DNA from: Bdellovibrionales bacterium
GTDB taxonomy: Bacteria; Bdellovibrionota; Bdellovibrionia; Bdellovibrionales; JAUICD01
NCBI GenBank assembly: GCA_965203275.1
Contig: OZ241865.1
Coordinates: 1,664,001 to 1,728,000 of the forward strand
DNA: 64,000 nucleotides
Direction: 5' to 3'
The notes under the pieces were generated by a model, which was not told the origin of the DNA, did not search any database, and saw nothing but the letters and a program-made list of their open reading frames with translations. Both the position numbers and the translations under genes were made by a program. Numbering within the stretch: the stretch's first letter is position 1; every line of letters starts with the position of its first letter. Of the stretch, positions 1 to 10,183 are shown one piece after another.

Positions 1-1414
1 TTAGAGATTCTACGTCTTGTTCAACTGGTGGATCTAAAGGAACTTCTTGAGAAATAGAAGGTACATCTTCAACAATTGAAATATTTTCTAAAAACTCAAT
101 AGGATCAATATTAAATACCTGTAATATCTTATTTAATGTTGAATATATTGGTATATCATACTTATAAAAAATATCTTGTAATGTAGATGTAGGAACCCCA
201 CTTTTAATAGAAATTTCTTTGATATTAAGATGAGATTTTGTGATGAGGTCACGTAGGGTTCGACTTAAAGATATCTTGAGTTGAGAGATTTGATTTTGTG
301 AAAGTGGTGTTTGATAAGGCTGGATATGGGACTTCAAATCTATATTGGTTAATAATAATTTGATATTGATCCCTAAAGTATAAGCTATTTTAAATAAAGT
401 CAACAGATGTATATCATTCTGTGACATTTTTGATCGACGGATAGCACTTCTTATAAGAGGGTGGATAGTTATATTAAGATTTTTAAGAGCTTCTTGAATA
501 CGATAGAGTATTTGAATCATAAATCTGTTTTTGTTTTCGATAACTAGAGACATTTTCACTTGATCTTCTAAAAGTGCTATCATAGTAGGCTCATCTTGTT
601 TTAGATGAGTTTTAAACGTTTGATGAAAATAAGAATTTAACTCCTTTAAATAAATATTATACATGCTATCAGCTAGTATTTGGTTTTGAGTCTTTTTGTG
701 AAAGACAAGAACAGCACTTGATATGTTGTGTGCTGGCTGGATTTGAAATACATACAAGCGTTTTGATGTTTCAAAAAATATATAAACACTTTGGAGTTGA
801 AAATGATTTTGAGGACTATGAGTTTTTATTAAAATATCTCCTCCTTTATAAAAAAGTAATCCACTAAGCCTTTTTTGGTCATTTTGTAGGGTGAAATAAC
901 TATTGTAGTTGGGATCTGATAAATCAGTTAAAAAAGTACGCACAAAAAGAGCTGCCAGATATGGATTATGAAAAATTTGCTTTAGACTTTTCTTTTGAAA
1001 AAAGTTATTGATTATATAATCTGAACTTTCTTTTGATTCTTTAAGCTCATGGATCAAATGGTTCCATTCTTCTTTAAGCATTTTATTATGTACAATACTT
1101 TGTGAAGACTTTAAGATGAATGTTGTTAAAACAAAAGCCAGTTCAGTTTCTAACTCATAAACATCTTGAAAATGTTCATTGATAAAATCATAAGAAGAAG
1201 GCTCTTGAGCAAAATCAATCAATTGACGTCCTTCTATAGGTGAATCTTCCATTAAAACAGAAATAACATGATGCAAGTGATCATTTTGGGGTGATAAAGA
1301 CAAACCTGTATGTGCTATGAGAACCTCTGCACATACAGTATCATTTTGTGCATGAGATAGGTCAGGTCTCAAAAAACAACAGATCAACAGAAAATTTTTT
1401 AAAAATAATTTCAT
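1..1414 (-). CDS. Partial (runs off left edge) putative exported protein with XRE-like HTH region(s)
   Basis: Not in the ORF track. ATG at 1414, MKLFLKNFLLICCFLRPDLSHAQNDTVCAEVL (signal-peptide-like). Later SRTLRDLITKSHLNIKEISIKSGVPTSTLQDIF...STLNKILQVF resembles an XRE HTH. Frame checked at both ends, not at every codon. Confidence 0.7.
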   Translation of the reverse strand, partial: MKLFLKNFLLICCFLRPDLSHAQNDTVCAEVLIAHTGLSLSPQNDHLHHVISVLMEDSPIEGRQLIDFAQEPSSYDFINEHFQDVYELETELAFVLTTFILKSSQSIVHNKMLKEEWNHLIHELKESKESSDYIINNFFQKKSLKQIFHNPYLAALFVRTFLTDLSDPNYNSYFTLQNDQKRLSGLLFYKGGDILIKTHSPQNHFQLQSVYIFFETSKRLYVFQIQPAHNISSAVLVFHKKTQNQILADSMYNIYLKELNSYFHQTFKTHLKQDEPTMIALLEDQVKMSLVIENKNRFMIQILYRIQEALKNLNITIHPLIRSAIRRSKMSQNDIHLLTLFKIAYTLGINIKLLLTNIDLKSHIQPYQTPLSQNQISQLKISLSRTLRDLITKSHLNIKEISIKSGVPTSTLQDIFYKYDIPIYSTLNKILQVFNIDPIEFLENISIVEDVPSISQEVPLDPPVEQDVESL

Positions 1415-1896
1415 TTTAACTTCATTAAAATAACTTAATATAATCCATAAAAATCATCACTGTCTTGAATCTTAAGCTAAGTTCAAGGTTTATTTCAAAT
1501 CTTCTTAGGTTTAAACCTTTAAGCCCTTTAAACTTGAAAGGTTATATAACAAAATAAATGATCATGCAAGCCTATTCATCTAACTGAAGGGATTTTAAGC
1601 ATAAATTATCTACATTAAGTATGATTTTCTTTTAGAAAAATCAATTAGAAGTTAATTATGTTGGAGATGCTTTCCTTATGAAAGGCTAATAAGAATGCTT
1701 TTATAGGATTTGGTGTATATTTTTTTCATATTTTTGCATTTTTAATAATATAAACACTTTTAGTGAGATCATTAATCCTTTACATATTAGAGTCATGCAT
1801 GACGGAGATATAGTACATTTTAAGAAAAAAGTAAATGGTAAGTTGTAAAAAATTCATGGTTTGTGTTATGAAACCCTCTTTTTATTGGTTAAAACA

Positions 1897-1912
1897 TGGC
1901 ATTCAAATTGCT
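1897..1912 (+). promoter_or_regulatory. Sigma54-type -24/-12 promoter
   Basis: TGGCATTCAAATTGCT = GG-N10-GC. Confidence 0.6.
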
Positions 1913-1924
1913 TATTGATTAGGT

Positions 1925-2057
1925 ACATGGAGTGATTTAGTCTTAAGTTGTAACTCCTCATTTTTGAGATTTTGAATATTGAGTATTTTTCTCCCCTCTT
2001 ATTATACTCAATATTTTATTACTCCTTGTCCCCTTTCCTTTGGAAAGGGGTTTTTTT
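1925..2057 (+). ncRNA. Candidate small RNA or leader
   Basis: Lies between the sigma54 motif and an intrinsic terminator. 11-bp stem AATATTGAGTA/TACTCAATATT with a CTCCCCT loop. Confidence 0.4.
2030..2057 (+). terminator. Rho-independent terminator
   Basis: CCCCTTTCC-TTT-GGAAAGGGG followed by T7. Confidence 0.75.
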
Positions 2058-2138
2058 ATTTGCCCTTTAGTGTCATACTGTACTTTGTATAAAAAATAAA
2101 GCAAATAATTAAGTTAAAAATATTTCAAAGGTCAAAAT

Positions 2139-2951
2139 ATGCAAGAACACTGGCAAGCATTTTTCTTAGGGTTAATTCAAGGCATCTGTGAATTTTTACC
2201 TGTTTCAAGCTCTGGTCATTTGGTTCTTTTTGAGCTTATTTTTAATACTTTCCATGATCTGACCTTTGTTCTTTTAGTTCATCTTGCTACTTTATTTTCT
2301 ATTCTAACTGTAATGAGAAAAACCATCCTACAACTTATAAAACTATTTATATCAGATGTCAAAAATAGAAAATATGGCCCTGGCATGAATATTTTCTTTA
2401 AAGTTGTTATAGGTAGCCTGCCAGCAGGTTTTATAGGAGTGTTTTTTAAAAATAAACTTATGTATTTTTTTACATCTCCAATAACTGTGAGTTATGGTTT
2501 TTTGTTCACAGCTTTTTTATTATTGATCACCCATTTTTTTTACTCTTCTCAAAGGATGATGTCCGTAGACAAAATGATTTCTGCTTTAAGTAGAATATCC
2601 TATAAACAAGCAGTGTTTATTGGATTTTTTCAAGCTTTAGCTATTGTTCCAGGGATTAGCAGATCTGGTTCTACTATTGCTGGAGGGCTTTTCTTACGTC
2701 TCAATACAGTCACAGCCGTTTATTTTAGTTTCTTTTTAGCTGTTCCTGCTATTTTAGGTGCTACTATTTTACAGCTTTCTCTGGAAGGCTCACACCTTCC
2801 CTTAAATATTCTTTTTATAGGATTTTTATCGGCTTATTTGATGGGATGTTTGAGCTTGTGGTTGCTTTTAAAAGTCGCATTAAAGGGATATCTTAAATAC
2901 TTTTCTGTTTACCTGTGCTTGCTGGCTGTGATGATGTTTTTCATTTCTTAA
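2139..2951 (+). CDS. uppP: Undecaprenyl-diphosphate phosphatase (BacA)
   Basis: QGICEFLPVSSSGHL and PGISRSGSTI signature motifs; multi-TM. Confidence 0.95.
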   Translation: MQEHWQAFFLGLIQGICEFLPVSSSGHLVLFELIFNTFHDLTFVLLVHLATLFSILTVMRKTILQLIKLFISDVKNRKYGPGMNIFFKVVIGSLPAGFIGVFFKNKLMYFFTSPITVSYGFLFTAFLLLITHFFYSSQRMMSVDKMISALSRISYKQAVFIGFFQALAIVPGISRSGSTIAGGLFLRLNTVTAVYFSFFLAVPAILGATILQLSLEGSHLPLNILFIGFLSAYLMGCLSLWLLLKVALKGYLKYFSVYLCLLAVMMFFIS

Positions 2952-3468
2952 GGGCTTTTTCATCTTCGTCCTCATCTTTGTCATTATTTTTTTCACTTTC
3001 GTCATGTAAAGTAGCAGAAGTGTCTTCTTCTATAACTAGAGGTTGCTCTAATGACCAATCACCTGTAGGGTTGACTGCCATGTCATCTTGTCCCCCTAGA
3101 AGGCTGTCTGTTTGACCCATCTGATGGAGATTCCATGCGAAAAGACTCCCTAAAACAATTAAAAAAGCAGCAGCTATCATTAATAGCTTATGGGTTTGAT
3201 AAGATAAAGGGAAAAAAGACGATCGTTTAGAAGTGCGAGAGATTTTATTCATAATCTGATCATGGATGCGATCTTGATTGCCTTGATTTGAATGAGGCAG
3301 ATGATCTGCTTTGCTGATATTGGATTTAAGTTGCCGATAATCAGATACAATCTTTTGAATCTCTGGAGAGTTTTGTAAATGAATATCCATATCTTCTTTT
3401 AAAGAAGGCTCTATATCTCCTTCTAAATAATCAATCCATAATTGTTCATCTTTTATTGTTCCTTTCAT
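2941..3468 (-). CDS. Putative transmembrane anti-sigma factor
   Basis: Directly downstream of the ECF sigma. N-terminal LWIDYLEGDI..HL (degenerate zf-HC2-like) and a single TM. Confidence 0.7.
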   Translation of the reverse strand: MKGTIKDEQLWIDYLEGDIEPSLKEDMDIHLQNSPEIQKIVSDYRQLKSNISKADHLPHSNQGNQDRIHDQIMNKISRTSKRSSFFPLSYQTHKLLMIAAAFLIVLGSLFAWNLHQMGQTDSLLGGQDDMAVNPTGDWSLEQPLVIEEDTSATLHDESEKNNDKDEDEDEKALKK

Positions 3469-3638
3469 TATTGACTCCTTATGTCTATTTATTTATAATT
3501 TCTTTGCTTTTTCTTTAAATTTCTTCCCTTAAATTGTGTTAAAAATGAAGAACCCCCCTTCTTCGCACTCAAAATCCTTTAAGGCAATGACCAGTACATC
3601 CATGCGGCTATTGTTTAAAAACAAGTATTTTAAAGGCA

Positions 3639-4229
3639 TTAGGTAACACTACCTAGCAAAAGATCTTTTTGAAAGATCTTTCTTAGTTTCATTAATCCAT
3701 GCCTATAATTAGCCTTTGCTGTATCATAAGGGCATTGCATAATATGAGCGATCTCTTTAAAGCTCAAATCTTCATAAATCCTTAAAATTAGAGCCTTTTT
3801 TTGTTTGCTTGGCAACTTGTCAATTTCTGTTCGAAGCCTCTTTTTTGTGTCATTTTCAGATATATAAGTTTCTGCTTTTGCTGCCACTGATAAATTTGTT
3901 TTTTCTATATCTAAAAAGCTTTTCTTTAAAGTTTTTAGTTTGTTTTTCCCTGTATTAAGTGCAATGGTATAAAGCCAACTTTTAAAAGAGCTACGTCCTT
4001 CAAACAAATGAATCTTTTGATAGGCTTTCACAAAACTCTCTTGTACCACATCTTCGGCTAAGCCTTGATCCTTTAAAAGTCGAAAACATAAATTAAGTAA
4101 GCTTTGTTGATGCCTCCTTACTAATTGTGAGAAAACTTCTGTATTCCCCTCTTTAAGCATATCTACAAGCTCTCTGTCTGACTTTACAACCTCATTACTT
4201 TCTGTTTTTATTGCATATAAATGTTTCAT
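3639..4229 (-). CDS. ECF RNA polymerase sigma factor
   Basis: AEDVVQESFVKAY, FKSWLYTIALN, LSFKEIAHIM (regions 2 and 4). Confidence 0.93.
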   Translation of the reverse strand: MKHLYAIKTESNEVVKSDRELVDMLKEGNTEVFSQLVRRHQQSLLNLCFRLLKDQGLAEDVVQESFVKAYQKIHLFEGRSSFKSWLYTIALNTGKNKLKTLKKSFLDIEKTNLSVAAKAETYISENDTKKRLRTEIDKLPSKQKKALILRIYEDLSFKEIAHIMQCPYDTAKANYRHGLMKLRKIFQKDLLLGSVT

Positions 4230-4295
4230 AACACACCTTAAGACTTCCTTAAGTGTTCAAAAGGTTAATTTTTTTTTCATTCATTCGTTCGTTCG

Positions 4296-5700
4296 TTTCA
4301 CTAAAAGTGGTCTGTTTCCCTAAAATTGAACTAGCCTCTGGCTACTTTTGGGCAGTTAGCCCGACGGCTACCGCCGTCGATCAAAGGCTGAGCTGTTTCA
4401 CTAAAAGTGGTCTAGCCTCTGGCTACTTTCTGGCGATGACCACGATGGCTTTCGCCATCGATAAAATGGTCATCGCCTAGAAAGCCTGACCACTTTTAGT
4501 AGGAAGGATCCTTTCCTCTTTTGACACGATGTTAAGGAAAAAGCTCCTTCCGATACCCATTTGCCGGATGCCGGATCCCGGATAAATACGATGTTAAGGA
4601 AACAAGATATTCACTCCCGGGATCAGGCAGTCCGGCAAGCAGGCATCCCGTGTTCCGGAACCTGATACCGGGTTGCCAGATCCCGGATCCCAGATAAACA
4701 TCCAAACACCTATAAGAAGTTTTTAGCCAAAAGAAGCCTGATTTCTGCCATTTCCTTTAGAGGCATATATGCTTTATCGGCTTTTTCGAAAAATTCTTCC
4801 CACGTCTTTGTGCTAGGTTCGTCTTTCTTTCACTAAAAGTGGTCTGTTTCACTAAAAATAAACCAGCCGTCATTTTCACTCAAAATGCATCATGCCTCTG
4901 TTTCCCTAAAATTGAACTAGCCGTCTTTTGCACTAAAAGTAAACTGACCTCTGGTCACTTTTGGGTTGCCAGCCGAAGGCTATTCGCCTTCTTAAATGCT
5001 GGCAACCTCAAAAGTCCGTTTACTTTTAGTAGGGGAGGATCTCCTCGTTTTTTAACACCATGTTAAGGAAAGAGAGTTCTTTCTGATGCCGGATCCCGGA
5101 TCCCGGATAAATACCATGTTAAGGAAACAAGATGTTTATTTCACGTCGATAAAATGGTCATCACCTCAAAAGCCTGACCACTTTTAGTGAAAGAAAGGCA
5201 TGATGCATTTTGAGTGAAATGTTAAGGAAAAAAAGTTCTTTTTTTGTTTTTTTATTCTCTTTTAGATTCTGCGTAATTTTCAAAAAAACACAAAATAAAT
5301 ATTTTATGAGTGGGAGGCGGGGGCAGGCTAAAGGAGCTGTTTCCCTAAAAGTGGTCTAGCCTCTGGCTACTTTCTGACAATGACCACGATGGCTTTCGCC
5401 ATCGATAAAATGGTCATTGCCTAGAAAGCTTGACCACTTTTAGTAAGGAGGATCTCTTCGTTTTTTAACACGATGTTAAGGAAACAGAGTTTCATTTGTA
5501 AACCCGCTTGCTCCTCAAAAACATTTTAGAAGCATATCTTGTTTCCCTAACATGGTGTCAGAAGCAAGGAGATTCGCCCTACTCAAAATGAGCGGATTTT
5601 TGAGGCATTGCTCTTTTTGGACAGCGATAGCTGTCAGAGCAATGCCCAAAAACACACCAGATGTGTGGCTCATTTTGAGTGAAAAAAGAAGGTTAGGGAT
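4296..5700. repeat. Mosaic cluster of structured element A (full copies 4396-4540+, ~4927-5071+, 5340-5484+, 5542-5684-) with GATCCC and E modules
   Basis: Recurring TTTCAC..nested stems..GTTAAGGAAA units. Confidence 0.9.
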
Positions 5701-5938
5701 AATCTTTTTTGTTTCTTAAAAAGAAAATAACGGGATCAGTATCTGTCTAATAAAATAACTATTGTCTAATTCATTATCACTCTGCATGTCTCATTATGTT
5801 ACAAAAGATGATTTTCATACTTTAAATACTTAATAAATACACAGATGGACTGCTGTAAGATTTGGCATAGTTTTTGATGTATTTTAATTAAGGCATAAAA
5901 AATATACGCATTTTTCATTTAAGAAAGGGGTTTTAATA

Positions 5939-8900
5939 ATGAAGTTTATTCAACAGCTCAACGATCTAACTATCTGTAGATTGTTTACATGCTCTATCTG
6001 TTTATTTGTGATCGGTTGTTCCTTTATTGCTTGCGGAGAAGCTCCTATGCAAGAACATGGAGCTTTAGACCCTGAAGCCCAAAGGCGACTTGCTAACCCA
6101 GAAGAAAATCGGGAAATATTACGCAGAGAACTTGAAGAAATACAAAAGAGAATGCAAGAGGCTGCTCAGGAGGCTCAGGAAGCTCAAGAGGCTGAAAGCC
6201 AAGACTCGTCTACCCCCCCCCCCCCCCTCCAAATTCTTTAACCTCACAAGCTATTGAAACTATTGAGTTATCTAGTAGTCAACCTGAAAAAAGTGGATGG
6301 TTTTCGTCATCTTGGAACTATCTTGTAGATAAAGGGTTTAGTGCAACACAAGCTGTAAAAGACTACGTCAATGACTTAGAAGATCAAAAGTTAAAAGAGG
6401 AATATCAAGAATTAAAAGCGGAAATAGAAAAGTGGGAATCAAGAAGTTTTAGAAATCGGGAACTCATGAGAAAAGACAAAGGTATATTCAGCAGAGTTAT
6501 AGATTTATTTTCAAATAACGATAACGAAGTGTTGATTGAAGATACAATGTATGATTTAGATGAAATGCCAGATGATCTACGCACGGCTATACAAAAAATA
6601 GAATCTGAAGATGATACCTTAAAAGAAGAAATTGCTCAAGCGTTAAAGCCTTTCAGGATTCCTTTTTATTTCCAAGCTTCGCATCCTGATGGTGTAGATG
6701 TAACCAATGTCAATGTTGCGTTTAAATTTCGTGATACAAGTGGGGAGCGAAGAATGGTACCGTCTGCATTATATGCAGTGATATTGAGAACTCTTGAGGA
6801 TGATTATACTCAACAAGAACTTGTAAAGGCCATACAAGCATTAATCACATTGGGAGCCGATGTAAATTTATACAAAATAAACCGCCAAAGAAAGAGAATT
6901 TTACATTTTGCAATACATTTGATAGAAGATGAGATGCTAGCATTAGAAGTGGCTAAAGTATTGATTGATGCTGGAGCTAGGGTTAATGCTGTCGATAACA
7001 CCGGGGGTTGGACTGGAGAAATAGCTTTGCACTGTGCTGCTGAGAAAGGATTTTTAGAAGTAGTTAAGTTATTACTAGATCGTGGAACTAATGTAAGTAT
7101 ACAAAAACTAAGAGGAAGTACTGCTCTCTATCACACAAGAAGGAGAGCAAGAAATCCAGAAACGAGAAAGCCACAACATCAAGAGATTATAGAGTTATTA
7201 ATTGCTGCTGAACAAAGAAAGAAGGCAAAAAGAAAACATAACATTGAACAACTTATCCAAAGCTGGACTTCTATGACTCCTGAAGACAGAAGGTCAAGTG
7301 ATTTGACGAATTTTTCTCTTAGCCTTACTAGCTCACGTCGATGTAGAAGAGAATTTCCTGCAAGCAGACAATGCCTTCAAATAAAATCTTTTAGAAACGG
7401 TGATCAACGGACTGTTATTTATCCTTTGTCTGTATTAACTGAAGATGAATTAACTGCACTTCAAGCCGTTCAAGAAGAATACAATGCACAAAGAGAAGCA
7501 AGAGAGCGAAGGGCAAGAGCAGAGCAAAGAGAGAGAGCAACAGCAGAAAGAAGAGAAAGGCGAAGGAGAGAGAATAACATCGAGCAACTTGTCCAACGTT
7601 GGATTTCTATGACTCCTGAACAAAGATACAATAATATCATAACTCTTAATACTTCTGAAAGACGTGAAGCTTTTGTTCTTAGTATCTATAACTGTTGGGG
7701 AGGTCAATGCCTTCGAGTAAAGAGAAGAGGGCAAGAGAGTAGTTCTGATTCAAATACTACATTCCTTTTGGATGTATTAACTGAAGATGAAAGAAATGCA
7801 CTTCAAACTATTGAACAAGAGCAAAGAGAATACAATGCACAAAGAGAAGCAAGGGAAGCAGCAGAGCAAAGAGAAAGGGCAGAACAGAGAAGAGAAAGAG
7901 ATGCAACAGAAAGAAGAGAAAGGGCAGAACAGAGAGAAAGAGATGCAACAACAAGTAGAGATCGACGAAGGATAGAGAATAACATTTCGAAACTTGTCCA
8001 ACACTGGATATCTCTGTCTCCTATGGTAAGAGAAAATTTTATCAGAAATGTTAATAACTCTGAAATAAAATGTGAAGGTTTTTTTCTTAATATAGTTTCT
8101 AACTGTAGAAATGGACAACAATGCCTTGATGTAAAGCAAAAAAACCATATTAGAGGTAATCGTAATGAGATTTATTCTTTCCCTTCTGTTAGGCTTCCTT
8201 GGTCTGTATTAACTGAAGATGAAAAAACTGCACTTCAATTAGCTCAAGAGGAGCAAAGGGAATACAATGCACAAAGAGAAGAAAGAATAGCAAGACAGAG
8301 AAGAGAGCATAATATTGAGGCACATGTCCAACGCTGGACTTCTATGACTCCTGAACAAAGAGAAGATAATATCAAAATCGTTGATAACTATGAAAGACGT
8401 GAAGCTTTGGTTATTAATACGTCTTCCCGTTGTAGAGAAGGACAATTGGTATCGATTCAAACGAGATATAATTGTAATAATGTGAGTTGTTCTTCGACTT
8501 CTGTTAGGCTTCCTTTGTCTGTATTAACTGAAGATGAAATAACTGCACTTCAAGCAACAGGAGGAAGTGAAAAGCAAAGGATAGAGGATAATATTTCGCA
8601 ACTTGTCCAACAATGGGTTTCTATGACTCCTGAACAAAGAGACAATAATTTCAGCATTACTAATACTTTTGAAAAACAAGAACATGAAATTTTTGTGCTT
8701 GAGATCAGTAGCTGTGGTTTTAAAAGCTTAGGTACATGGGTAGAGGCATGCATTCTTCGAGTAACAAAAAAAAAATCTGGGTATACTGTTAATTCGTATT
8801 TTACATACCCTGCATCCATATTAACAGAAGATGAGATAACTACACTCCAAGCAGTTCGAGAGGAGCAAAGAGAATACAATGCACAAGCAAGGGCGAGAGA

Positions 8901-10182
8901 AAGAAGGGAACGAGAAGAAAGAAGAGAACGAGAAGCAAGAGAGCGAAGGGCAAGAGCAGAGCAGCCAAATCAAGGGCAACGAACAAGCACCCAGTCTGAT
9001 CCAAGGAGTCAATGGGCTGCTGATAGAGTCCGTTTAACTCAAGTCAGAGCAGCTTTAGAAGCTCCTCATGTCAATGCTTATGCTATCACACATGTTAAGC
9101 TTTTCCCTATTGCTAAACCACGCTTAGACCCCTACCCATTTACAAGAGACGAAGATATGGCACATCTGTCTTTGAAAAACAGAAATGACGGATTTACCTT
9201 AGAAGTATTTAACCCTGAGCAACCAGAGCAGAGCAAAGTTGTTCTAGCTCAAAAAATACATGATATTGAAATGAGTATCAGGTGTCATGATCAACTCAAT
9301 TGTAATGAAAATATTCTTCGTTATAGATCTAATGATCATCAAGATAGCCAGTGGCAAACGTATCCTCTTTCTAACTTGATCGGATATGAGAGTGGCAACA
9401 ATGTTTATCAAATGAGAATAATCTCAGATAAAGAGCATGGAGATACTCAAGTGAGATGGGGTACTGGTCGCCGTCGAGTGAATAGATATTATAGAGGTCA
9501 CTTTCGTATAGCTATTACTAAGAGAAAAAGCAATGACATGATGGAATGGAGCTTGATCAATGATGTTCCCGTAGAACAATATCTTCGTTCAGTTGTTCCG
9601 GGTGAGATGCCATTGACAGATGATCAAAGTGCTTCAAGGACTGCCTTTGCTGCTTTAAAGGCTCAAGTGATAGCAGCCAGGTCATATCTTTTCAGTAAGA
9701 TCAAAGAGAATAGACATGTCAAAGCAATGGGATGGGATGTAGACCCTACAACATGGTTTCAGTCTTATCCAGGTTCTAAAGAAGTAAGAAGTGGCAGAGT
9801 AAGAAACAGAGAATTTTTAAGAAGCGATGAAGCAGTGGAAGCCACAGTGGGTGTGATCCTCACATATCGAGGACAGTTAGCTATGACAGAATATCATGCT
9901 TGCCGAAGAGATAGCACAAGATCAAGTAGCAGTCTACCTATATTTAGAGCAAAGAAGATTCCAAGTGGAGAGAGATGTGGTCGTTACAGAGGTGAAGGAG
10001 GTCATGGTCGTGGTTTATCTCAGAGAGGTGCTATGTGGCTAGCCCGTGTAGGATGGGATGATGAAGAATCACCTACAGAAAATGCCACCAAGCCTGAAGA
10101 TGTTACAGAGCCATGGAGTCATGTTGATATTCTTCGCTACTTTTATCACGGAGTCAATGTCCAAAATCACCACGAGCTTTAG
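5939..10182 (+). CDS. Lipoprotein with ankyrin repeats, 5 internal repeats and a C-terminal SpoIID/LytB domain, frameshifted at a C15 tract
   Basis: Lipobox-like SFIAC. The frame of the 6466 ORF stays open back to the poly-C. Ankyrin ALHCAAEKGFLEVVKLLL. SpoIID motifs EQYLRSVVPGEM, ALKAQVIAARSY, GHGRGLSQRGA. Confidence 0.8.
6213..6227 (+). repeat. C15 homopolymer, candidate phase-variation tract
   Basis: 15 consecutive C in an AT-rich genome at the frame junction. Confidence 0.85.
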
Positions 10183-10183
10183 G

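Noticed and set aside
4253..5066. Short ORFs in repeat clusters (4253, 4839; likewise 10058, 10520, 10896, 28156, 28806, 30836, 31270, 33278, 33876, 44514, 60632)
   Set aside because: They are translations of element A/E sequence in inconsistent frames and strands, without RBS.
5052..5071. dif/Xer site (ATGTTAA resembles the XerD arm)
   Set aside because: No XerC arm with 6-bp spacer geometry, and the motif is far too abundant.
4296..5700. CRISPR array interpretation of hub-separated units
   Set aside because: The intervening sequences are themselves repeated, spacing is irregular and no cas genes are present.
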